DNA of 25,517 nucleotides from Candidatus Eiseniibacteriota bacterium (GTDB lineage Bacteria > ARS69). The notes under the pieces were generated by a model. It made no database searches. It was not told where the DNA came from and worked only from the letters and a program-made list of their open reading frames with translations. How positions within the stretch are numbered: the stretch's first letter is position 1; every line of letters starts with the position of its first letter. The DNA lies in assembly GCA_052390515.1 (NCBI GenBank), contig JBQTGV010000201.1, positions 1 to 25,517 of the forward strand, written 5' to 3'. Shown in pieces: positions 8,570-19,412 of this stretch. The translations under genes and the position numbers were made by a program.

Positions 8570-9467
8570 GCCGCCGGCCGCGGCGCGAGCACTCCAGCGG
8601 AGCGCCGGCCAGGAGCTCGTCGCTCTGCTCGCGTTCGGCTCGCGCGTGACCGGTGCCGGACCGGACGCGCGCAGCGCGTGGGATCTCTTCGCCGTCGTCC
8701 GCGACTACGCGGCGTTCTACGGGCGATGCCGCGACGATGCCGCCTGGCGCCGCTCCGCCCGCGGCCTCTCCCGCTGGAACCGCATCCTCCCGCCGAACGT
8801 GCTCCATCTCGCCGAGCCCGGCGGCCCGGGCGCGAAGCTCTTCGTGATCTCGGAGCACCATCTCGAGCGGGCCCTGCGGCCGGCCCACGCGGATCACTTC
8901 TGCCGGGCTCGCCTCATGCAACGGGTCGAGGTCCACGCCGACTCGTCCGTCGCGCGCGCCCGCATGGAGACGCTGCTCGCCGGAACACGCCGCACGATGG
9001 TCTCCTGGCTTCGGCCTTTCCTGCGCGGTCCGTTCGACGCGGGCCGCTTCTGCCGGGAGCTGTTGGCCGTCTCCTACCGGAGCGAGATCCGGCCCGAGCC
9101 CGCCGGACGCGCCGTCGAGGTCTTCCTCGCGCAGAGCGACTACCTGCTCTCCGAATACGGCGCCATCCTCGAGGCTGCCGCGGAGCGCGGCGAGCTCGTA
9201 CGCGAGGGTTCCTCGTTCCGCTACGCACGGCCGGCCGGCCTCGGCGAGCGCCTCGCGGCGCGGTGGCGCCTGCATCGGTCCAAGCTGCGCTCGACGGTGC
9301 GCTGGCCCAAGTACGTGATGACCTTCGACGGCTGGCAGGACTACATCGCCGCGAAAGTGGAGCGCCGCGTGGGCCTTCGCGTCGTGCTCACCGAGCGCGA
9401 GCGCCGCCACCCGTTCCTCTTCCTGTGGCCGAAGCTGTTCCGTGTCCTCCGCGCGAGAGGCCGATGA
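8553..9467 (+). CDS. Tam41/Mmp37-like nucleotidyltransferase, putative phosphatidate cytidylyltransferase (CDP-DAG synthase)
   Basis: NTase signature AFGS...WDLFAVV; KLFVIS...L...RARLMQRV; LLAVSYRSEIR; C-terminal DYIAAKVER. These align by eye with conserved Tam41 blocks. Lies between plsC and a CDP-alcohol transferase. Confidence 0.65.
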   Translation: MTVLAEPPAAARALQRSAGQELVALLAFGSRVTGAGPDARSAWDLFAVVRDYAAFYGRCRDDAAWRRSARGLSRWNRILPPNVLHLAEPGGPGAKLFVISEHHLERALRPAHADHFCRARLMQRVEVHADSSVARARMETLLAGTRRTMVSWLRPFLRGPFDAGRFCRELLAVSYRSEIRPEPAGRAVEVFLAQSDYLLSEYGAILEAAAERGELVREGSSFRYARPAGLGERLAARWRLHRSKLRSTVRWPKYVMTFDGWQDYIAAKVERRVGLRVVLTERERRHPFLFLWPKLFRVLRARGR

Positions 9468-10195
9468 GGAGCGAGATCACCTTGCTGGTCGTGCTGCTGG
9501 GCTGCGCGGTCCTCTCCATGGTCGCGTGGTCGGCGGCGCGCCGCGGCGAGGACGCAACGTCCCGTCACACCGCGCAGCGCGGGAGCTTCGCTCTCGGCAC
9601 GGCCGTACGGGAGTGGTTCTACTGGACGCTGGGCCCGGTCGAGCGGCTGATCATCGCGCTGCGCATCGCTCCGGAGACGTTCAACGCGCTCGGCGTGCTC
9701 CTCGCGCTCGGTTCGCTCGTGGCTTACGCCACGGGCCTGCTCCCGCTCGGTGGTTGGCTGATGCTGGCGAGCGGCCTGGCCGACGTGCTCGACGGAGTGG
9801 CCGCGCGCGCGCGCCAGGTGGTGTCCCGCTACGGCGCCTTCCTCGACTCCACGCTGGACCGCTTCGCGGAGACGGCGGTCTTCGTCGGTCTCGCCTGGTT
9901 CTACCGTACGCCGGTCGCGGTGACCATCGTGGTCGTCGCGCTCTCCGGTTCCCTCCTGGTGAGCTACACGCGCGCCCGCGGCGAGGGCCTCGGCGTCGAG
10001 TGCAAGAAGGGCGTGATGCAGCGCGCGGAGAGGATGCTGCTCCTCGGCTTCGCTTCGCTGCTCGATCCCACGATCTCCTCGGCCGTGCGGCGCGAGCCGG
10101 GTTCCGTGCTGCTTGCCGCGCTGGCGCTCGTCGCGGTCGGCTCCACCGGCACCGCGATCTGGCGCACGATCTGGATCGCGCGCGCATTGCGGTGA
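9464..10195 (+). CDS. CDP-alcohol phosphatidyltransferase (PgsA / phosphatidylinositol-phosphate synthase-like)
   Basis: ATGA overlap at 9464. Full signature DVLDGVAAR...YGAFLDSTLDR, plus SYTRARGEGLG and RAER motifs. Confidence 0.92.
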   Translation: MRSEITLLVVLLGCAVLSMVAWSAARRGEDATSRHTAQRGSFALGTAVREWFYWTLGPVERLIIALRIAPETFNALGVLLALGSLVAYATGLLPLGGWLMLASGLADVLDGVAARARQVVSRYGAFLDSTLDRFAETAVFVGLAWFYRTPVAVTIVVVALSGSLLVSYTRARGEGLGVECKKGVMQRAERMLLLGFASLLDPTISSAVRREPGSVLLAALALVAVGSTGTAIWRTIWIARALR

Positions 10196-11463
10196 GGTCC
10201 GCCGCCGCGCTCGGCGTGCTGCTGTGGCTGCCGATCGCGCTCGCCGTGGACGGCGGCCTGGCGCTCGCCGCGGGGTGGTCGCCGCGCGGGGCCGGGCGCG
10301 CTCTCGTTCCGGTCTGCCTCGGCCTCCTCGCCGGGGGCGCGGCGCTCCTCGCCCTGCCGAGGACGCGGAGTTGGCTGGCGCGGCGGCTCGGCGCGATCGC
10401 ACTGGCCGGCGCCGGCCTGCTCCTCGCCCTGGCGCTCGGCGAGCTCGTCGTGCGCCCCTTCCGCCCGATCGTGGTCGACGAGCTCACCCACCTTCGCCCT
10501 CCCGGCCTCGAGCAGGTGTACCACCCCGATCCGGCCGTGATGCCCGGCGTTCGCGGCGACTCGAGATACGAGATCAACTCCCTCGGCGTCCGGGGCGACG
10601 ATCTGCCTCCCGGCGCCGGCACCTACCGCGTCCTGTGCGTCGGCGGGAGCAGCACGGAGTGCCTCTACCTCGACCAGGACGAGGCCTGGCCCACGCGGTT
10701 GCAGGCTTCGCTCCGCACCGCCGGACGGGACGTCTGGGTCGGCAACGCCGGCATCTCCGGCTACGCGACGCCGTACCACATCCGCTTCGTGCGCGCGTCC
10801 TCGGTCGCCGCGGGAATGGACTGCTTCGTCTTCCTGGTCGCAGTGAACGACCTCCTGTGGTGGCTCGGAGAGCGGAGCTTCGCCTCCGTGCCGCCCGACC
10901 CCGAGCCCGTGCGGCGGCCCTTCGCGCTCTCGACCGGAGTCGGCCGACTCGTGGCCGCCGCCGCGCAGCGCCTCGAGCGCCCCCAGGGTCCCGGGGTCGT
11001 GGAGGACGAGGCCGGGGAGAACTATGTCGAGCGGCGCCGGGAGCGGGCCGACGCCGCCCCGTTCGAGGAGCTCGAGCCGCCGCTCGAGTCGTACGTCGCA
11101 TACGCGGCCCGCCTCGATCACCTCGTCGTGTCGTGCCGGGAGCGCGGGCAGAGGGCGATCCTCGTCACGCACCCGGTGCTCTGGCGCGAGGGCATGCCGC
11201 CCGAGGAGGAGGCTCTCCTGTGGCTCGGGCGACGCAAAGGGGGCGCGTACGTCTCCGCCGCGAGCCTGCGCCGGATCATCGACCGGTACAACGAGCTGGC
11301 GCGCGGCGTCGCGGCGAAGCGCGGCGCGGAGATCGTCGATCTCTCCGATCTGTCGGGCGACCCGCGCTGGTTCTACGACGACTGCCACTTCAACGAGGCC
11401 GGCGCCGCGGAGGTCGCGCGGCGGCTGGCCGAGCACTTCCTTCGAGCAGCGCTTCCGGATTGA
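10192..11463 (+). CDS. Membrane-anchored SGNH/GDSL hydrolase family protein
   Basis: GTGA overlap at 10192. N-terminal TM helices, then block I CVGGSSTE, block II NAGISG, block III AVND and block V DDCH. Confidence 0.85.
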   Translation: MRSAAALGVLLWLPIALAVDGGLALAAGWSPRGAGRALVPVCLGLLAGGAALLALPRTRSWLARRLGAIALAGAGLLLALALGELVVRPFRPIVVDELTHLRPPGLEQVYHPDPAVMPGVRGDSRYEINSLGVRGDDLPPGAGTYRVLCVGGSSTECLYLDQDEAWPTRLQASLRTAGRDVWVGNAGISGYATPYHIRFVRASSVAAGMDCFVFLVAVNDLLWWLGERSFASVPPDPEPVRRPFALSTGVGRLVAAAAQRLERPQGPGVVEDEAGENYVERRRERADAAPFEELEPPLESYVAYAARLDHLVVSCRERGQRAILVTHPVLWREGMPPEEEALLWLGRRKGGAYVSAASLRRIIDRYNELARGVAAKRGAEIVDLSDLSGDPRWFYDDCHFNEAGAAEVARRLAEHFLRAALPD

Positions 11464-11552
11464 CACGGAGACCAAGGGAGCGCCACTCTGCGTGCGACGC
11501 GCCAGCGCCTCGTGCCGCAGCGGTCGAGCGCGTCCCGACCCCGAGGGCGACC

Positions 11553-12080
11553 TTGTCGCTTCGCTCTCTCACGGCTTTCCTGATGGCGCTCCACGTCGCT
11601 GCCTGCAGCGCGCCCTACTCACCGGTGGATCCCGCGAGCCCCGCCGACGTGGCCCGGATCGCGCCGAAGCTCGAGGGAAGGAACCGCGTCACGCTGCAGT
11701 CCGGGGAGAGAACCGAGTTGCACGCCGTCACCGTCGCCGCCGACTCGATCCGCGGGACCATGCCCGGATCGGTCGAGCGAAGATCCTTCCCGACTCTCCA
11801 CGTCACGGAACTGTCCCATCGCAGCCGGATGCAGGGAGCGTCGCGCGGACTTTGGATCGGCGCCGCCGCGGGCGTCCTCATCGCAGCGATCGCCTCCCCG
11901 TCACAGGACGACAGCTTCGTGGACCCCGGGCCTGCATTCTTTTTCCCAGTCATCGGCGGTGCCGGTGCTGTGACTGGATTCGGATTCGGTTTCGCACTCG
12001 GCTCCTGGAAGAACGTGCTGTTGATCCGTCCGGGAGCGCCCGCCGATCCCGCCCGGTCGTCATCACCCACGGACCGCTGA
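11553..12080 (+). CDS. Putative lipoprotein with C-terminal glycine-rich hydrophobic segments
   Basis: TTG 11553 after a GAGGG SD gives MSLRSLTAFLMALHVAAC (lipobox VAAC). Later GLWIGAAAGVLIAAI and GGAGAVTGFGFGFALG segments. Confidence 0.6.
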   Translation: MSLRSLTAFLMALHVAACSAPYSPVDPASPADVARIAPKLEGRNRVTLQSGERTELHAVTVAADSIRGTMPGSVERRSFPTLHVTELSHRSRMQGASRGLWIGAAAGVLIAAIASPSQDDSFVDPGPAFFFPVIGGAGAVTGFGFGFALGSWKNVLLIRPGAPADPARSSSPTDR

Positions 12081-12092
12081 GACGCCAGCGCG

Positions 12093-13073
12093 TCACCCGC
12101 AGACGCGGTTCCGTCCCGAGTCTTTCGCCTGGTACACCGCCTCGTCGGCATGCCGGATGATCGAGTCGGGGTCGGTCCCATCGCGGGGGAAGCTGGCCAC
12201 CCCCAGCGAGAGCGTGACGTTGCCGAGCGGCTGGTTCTCCCGGCCGTGGAACGAATGGCTCTCGACGATCCGGCGGATGTGCTCGGCCAGCTCCCTCGCC
12301 TCGTCTTTGGAAGCTTGCGGAACCAGGGCGACGAGCTCTTCGCCGCCGTAGCGCGCCACGATTCCGGGCTGAGGCACTTCCCGCCGCGTGAGCTCGGCCA
12401 GCGTCTTGAGCACGTCGTCTCCGGCCAGGTGTCCGTTCGTGTCGTTGAAGCGCTTGAAGTGATCCACGTCCATGAAGATCACCGAGACCTCGGTGTCGTT
12501 TCGGCGCGCCTCGTTCAGCTCGCGGATCAGCGCCTCGCGGAAGAGGCGATGATTGAAGAGCCCGGTGAGCCCGTCCTTGCTGGCGTGCTCCTTCAGGTTG
12601 TCGGCCAGCTTGAGCAACGCGGTGTTCGCGCGGTTGAGGTCCGCCGTCTGGACCTTGAGCTCCTCGGTGAAGCGGCGGCTCCGGCGGACCTGCGCGGCCT
12701 TCTCCGCCGCGCGACCCACCACCGAGGTGATGACCTCGATCTCGACGAACGGCTTGATCATGAAGTCGTAGGCCCCCGCTCGAAGGGCCCGCGTCGCCGA
12801 CTCGAGCGAGGCGTGGCTCGTCATGATCAGCACCACGGTGTCGGTGTCGATGGCCTTCACTTCCTCGAGCAGCGCGAGGCCGGACATTCCACGCATGACG
12901 ATGTCGGTGACGACGATCGGGAACGGCTTCCGGCGAAAGGCTTCGAGCGCCTCTTCGGCGCTGGCCACGGCGGTCACGGGATAGCCGTCCTCTTCCAGCA
13001 CGTCGACCAGCACGGTGCGCAGGGTGGCCTCGTCCTCGGCAACGAGCACGCGGGGTTTCTCTTTCGAGGTCAA
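12093..13073 (-). CDS. Diguanylate cyclase response regulator (REC-coiled coil-GGDEF); start uncertain (TTG 13073/13082, ORF extends to 13178)
   Basis: REC domain: VLVAEDE, TDIVM, MTS, IKPF. GGDEF domain: DGLTGLFN, DVDHFKRFNDTNGHLAGD, RYGGEEL, ADEAVYQAKDSGRN. Confidence 0.92.
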   Translation of the reverse strand: MTSKEKPRVLVAEDEATLRTVLVDVLEEDGYPVTAVASAEEALEAFRRKPFPIVVTDIVMRGMSGLALLEEVKAIDTDTVVLIMTSHASLESATRALRAGAYDFMIKPFVEIEVITSVVGRAAEKAAQVRRSRRFTEELKVQTADLNRANTALLKLADNLKEHASKDGLTGLFNHRLFREALIRELNEARRNDTEVSVIFMDVDHFKRFNDTNGHLAGDDVLKTLAELTRREVPQPGIVARYGGEELVALVPQASKDEARELAEHIRRIVESHSFHGRENQPLGNVTLSLGVASFPRDGTDPDSIIRHADEAVYQAKDSGRNRVCG

Positions 13074-13171
13074 GTCGGGCAAGTCCTGGCAGGGGAATCG
13101 AGCCCCGTGGTCGGGGCCTTCGGTGTCTTTTCGGCCCTCCCCGGGGACTCTCTTGATCGGAAACCGTCGCC

Positions 13172-13200
13172 TTGACACTAGACATACGTCTAGCTATCGT
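13172..13200 (+). promoter_or_regulatory. sigma70-type promoter of imuA-imuB-dnaE2, probably leaderless
   Basis: TTGACA (13172-13177), 17-bp spacer, TATCGT (13195-13200). The ATG is 5 nt downstream and has no SD. Confidence 0.75.
13178..13193. promoter_or_regulatory. Palindromic operator CTAGAC-ATAC-GTCTAG, candidate LexA (SOS) box
   Basis: Perfect 6-4-6 palindrome filling the -35/-10 spacer of an operon that is normally LexA-repressed. Confidence 0.7.
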
Positions 13201-13205
13201 CGGGT

Positions 13206-13817
13206 ATGGCCCGTCTCGTCCAGGCTGCTCGCGGTCTTTCCGTTCCCTTTCTCGCCCGGCCGCTGTCCGACCTGCTCCCGGGGCGGCTCGTCGAGGTGTC
13301 CGGGGGACCGGGATCGGCCCGGCTCACGTTCGCCGCCTCGCTCGTTCGACGGGCGCAGATCGAGGGAGAGACCACCGCCTGGATCCAGCGAGAGGACGGG
13401 GTCCTGTTCCCTCCGGATCTCGAGGAAGCGGGCGTAGACCTCGGCGCTCTCGTCGTGGTGCGCATCCCGCTCTCCTTCGCGGACGGGATGTTCCGCGCCG
13501 CGGAGATCCTGCTCGGTTCGGGAGCGTTCGGCCTCGTGATCCTGGACATCCGCGACACCCGGCCCCGAATCCCCGCCTCCGTGCAGGGGCGGTTGCTCTC
13601 CGCGGCGCGTGAGCATCGCAGCCGCGTGCTCTTCCTGACTTCGAACCCCGCCGCGTCCGAATCGCTGGGGTCCCTCGTGGGGCTCCGGCTCGAGCCGCGG
13701 CGGATCCGGGTGGGACCCGGCACGTTCGTGCTGGAGACTCGCGTCTTGAAGAACAAGCAGGGCCTCTGCCTCGACGAGCCGGTAGAGCACCGCCGCGGCC
13801 CCCGGGGACTGGAGTGA
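13206..13817 (+). CDS. imuA: ImuA, RecA-like mutasome protein
   Basis: GRLVEVSGGPGSARLT (degenerate Walker A), FPPDLEEAGVDL and LLGSGAFGLVILD; first gene of the imuB-dnaE2 cassette. Confidence 0.85.
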   Translation: MARLVQAARGLSVPFLARPLSDLLPGRLVEVSGGPGSARLTFAASLVRRAQIEGETTAWIQREDGVLFPPDLEEAGVDLGALVVVRIPLSFADGMFRAAEILLGSGAFGLVILDIRDTRPRIPASVQGRLLSAAREHRSRVLFLTSNPAASESLGSLVGLRLEPRRIRVGPGTFVLETRVLKNKQGLCLDEPVEHRRGPRGLE

Positions 13818-13820
13818 TCC

Positions 13821-15313
13821 GTGAACGACCTCTTCGAGCCGGACATCGCGTGCGTCGCCGTTCCCGCGTTTCCCTTGCAGGTCGTCCTGCGCGCGCATCC
13901 GGAATGGAGGGACGACGCCCTCGTGATCGTCGAGGACGATCGCCCGCTCGCGCGCATTCTCTGGGCGAACCGTTCCGCGCGGCGGCACCGGATCGTCCCC
14001 GGACAGAAGTTCTCCCAGGCCAGGTCCCTCGTGGCCAAGTTGCGCGCCGTGCCCACGTCCGCCGTCGACTCGCCCGCGGTGACCGGCGAGATCTTCGCGC
14101 GGCTCCTCTCCTTCTCCCCCCGCGTCGAGCCCGCCGAGGATCCCTCCGGCGTCTTCTGGATGGATCCACGCGGCCTCGGGCGGCTCTACGACAGCCACGC
14201 CTCGTGGGCCTCGCGGATCGAACGCGCGGTCGCCGAGCGCAACCTCGTGGCCTCGGTCGTCGTGGGATGGAACCGGGCGAACGTCCTCGCCGTGTCGCTC
14301 TCGGTGCGCGGCGTGCGCGTGTTCCAGGACCCGGCGGAAGAGACGCGGGAAGCGGACCGCGTCGGTCTCTCCACCGTCGATCTTCCGCCGGAGCTTCGCC
14401 GGGGCCTCCACCGGCTGGGCCTCGCCACGCTCGGTGAGCTCCGGCGGCTTCCTGCCTCCGGCCTCGTTGCGAGGTTCGGGGCGGAAGCCGGAGCGCTTCA
14501 GAATTTCCTGTGCGGAAGGACCTGGACGCCGCTCCGGCCCGCGTTCCCCGAGCGCTCGTTCCGCGTGGACGTTCCCGTCGATCCGCCCGACGACGACCGC
14601 AACCGTCTCCTGTTCGCGGTCAAGGGGGCGCTGCACGAGCTCACCCGGTTGCTTCGCGCCGAGTCGAAGGGGGTGGTCGCGGTCGAGCTCTCGCTCGCGC
14701 TCGACCACGCGGGCGAGCATCACGAGCGGATCGAGACGGCGGCTCCCACGCTCGACGTGGTTCGCCTCGTCGACCTCGTGCGGCTCCGGCTCGGGGGGAT
14801 CGAGCTGGCCGCGCCCGTCGAGCAGGTGAGCGTGGAGGTCCGCGCGAGGGAAGTTTCCGCGGGGCAGCTCTCCCTTCTGGAGACACCTCCCCCCCGCGAC
14901 CGCGCCCGCGCCGCGGAGGCCCTGTCCCGGGTGAGGGCCGCGTTCGGAGGCACGTCGGTGGTGAGAGCGCGGCTCGTCGACGCGTACCTCCCCGAATCCC
15001 GCGTGCGGTGGGAAACACTCACCGAGGTTCCGGAGCCGGTCCCGCCGGAGCTTCCCGGTCTCCTGCCCCTGATGCGCACGCTGCTCCCGGTCCCCCGCGC
15101 GCTCCCCGACGTTCCGCGGCACGAACGGGAGAGCTGGCTCGGGCGTCACGGTGCGGTCGAGACGCTGCACGGACCCGACCGGGTGAGCGGCGGATGGTGG
15201 AATCAGGCGCACGACCGCGACTACTTCTTCGCCGAGACGAGGACGGGCGAGATCCTGTGGCTCTTTCTCGAGCGAGCGGAACGCGCCTGGTACCTGCACG
15301 GATTCGTGGACTG

Positions 15314-15314
<1 letters not shown>
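13821..15314 (+). CDS. imuB: ImuB, catalytically inactive Y-family polymerase
   Basis: Y-family fold lacking catalytic acids (ACVAVPAFPLQ, FSPRVE); clamp motif QLSLL; C-terminal GPDRVSGGWW...RDYF...WYLHGFVD. Confidence 0.9.
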
Positions 15315-18403
<3,089 letters not shown>

Positions 18404-18433
18404 ACGCCGCCCCGTGCCCGAGATGCGTCGCGC

Positions 18434-19357
18434 CTACCGGTAAACCGCCTTGACCATCCCCCAGCTCGCCGGCCGGAGTCCTACGGACGCCGCCAGCGCC
18501 GGCGCCGCGTCGATGATCCAGATGTCCATGCTGCCCGAGCGTGCCGAGGCGAAAGCCATGCGCGTCCCGTCCGGCGACCACCAGAAGATCGCGTCGGTCG
18601 CGGTGTGGAACGTGATCTGCACCGGAGTCCCCCCGGCGGCGGGAACGGTCCACAGGTTCAGATTCCCCCCGGCGCCGGAGGAGTAGCCGATCAACGCTCC
18701 GTCCGGTGAGTACGCCGGATCGAAACCGGTCGCCGTCGTCACCTGCGTGGCCGCGCCGCCCGTGGCCGGCATCACCCAGACCTGATTCAAGCCGGTGCGG
18801 TTGGAGTCGAACACGACCGTGGACGCATCCGGCGAATAGTGCGGATCGGAGTCCGTCGCGGGGTCGAAGGTCAGCTGCGTCTCCGCGCCACCGCCCGCGG
18901 GCACCGTGTAGATGTCGAAGGTGCCACGCGCCGAGTCGAAGATCAGCGTCGTGCCGTCCGGGGACCAGCTGGCTCGCCGGTCGGCCGCCGGGTGGAAGGT
19001 GAGCTGCGTCGCGGCCGCGCCGGCCGAGGCCGGCATGGTGTAGATGTCGAAGTTCCCCGTCCGGTCGGAGTCGAACGCGAGCGTGCTTCCGTCCGGCGAC
19101 CAGGTCGGATGCGTCTCGCTGGCCGCATCGAAGGTGATCCGCGTCGGCGGCACCCCCCCGGAGGCCGGGATCAGGTACAGGTCGAAGCTCCCCCACTGAT
19201 CCGAGCTGAACGCGATCGTGGCGCCGTCCGGCGACCAAGCCGGCATCGTCTCGAAAGCCTGGTTGATCGTGAGCTGGACCGCGCCGTCCTGGGAGAGGGC
19301 GGCCGGAACCGGCAGAGCGAAGCTGCCGGCCAGACCGAGCAGGGACCGGAATCTCAT
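18434..19357 (-). CDS. Secreted TolB-like PD40-repeat beta-propeller protein
   Basis: Signal peptide, then six ~43-aa repeats (QLT...P.WSPDG..IAF.S.R.G.FDIY..PA.GG), ending in ASWGMVKAVYR. Confidence 0.88.
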   Translation of the reverse strand: MRFRSLLGLAGSFALPVPAALSQDGAVQLTINQAFETMPAWSPDGATIAFSSDQWGSFDLYLIPASGGVPPTRITFDAASETHPTWSPDGSTLAFDSDRTGNFDIYTMPASAGAAATQLTFHPAADRRASWSPDGTTLIFDSARGTFDIYTVPAGGGAETQLTFDPATDSDPHYSPDASTVVFDSNRTGLNQVWVMPATGGAATQVTTATGFDPAYSPDGALIGYSSGAGGNLNLWTVPAAGGTPVQITFHTATDAIFWWSPDGTRMAFASARSGSMDIWIIDAAPALAASVGLRPASWGMVKAVYR

Positions 19358-19363
19358 GGGACG

Positions 19364-19369
19364 ATTCTA
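19364..19369 (-). promoter_or_regulatory. Candidate -10 element (TAGAAT) for a leaderless PD40 gene transcript
   Basis: TAGAAT lies 6 nt upstream of the ATG at 19357; no SD; -35 weak. Confidence 0.45.
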
Positions 19370-19412
19370 GCGCGCGGGGCTGCCGCGTTTCAGCAGTGGC
19401 GGTCGGCGCGCG

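Noticed and set aside
12081-12094. GACGC-CAGC-GCGTC hairpin between convergent stops as a terminator
   Set aside because: Only a 5-bp stem and no U-tract.
13074-13178. Long N-terminus of the diguanylate cyclase from GTG 13178
   Set aside because: That start overlaps the imuA -35 box and gives an unstructured extension; TTG near the REC domain is more plausible.
14510-15313. Apparent 268-aa N-terminal extension of DnaE2 (possible imuB fusion or frameshift)
   Set aside because: Arg/Pro-rich off-frame read of imuB. The real ATG at 15314 overlaps the imuB stop and directly precedes the PHP motif.
18500-19280. Periodic ~130-bp DNA repeats (ccgtccggcgacca-like) as a possible CRISPR or tandem array
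   Set aside because: Degenerate in-frame repeats encoding the WSPDG of PD40 blades; no identical repeats with unique spacers.
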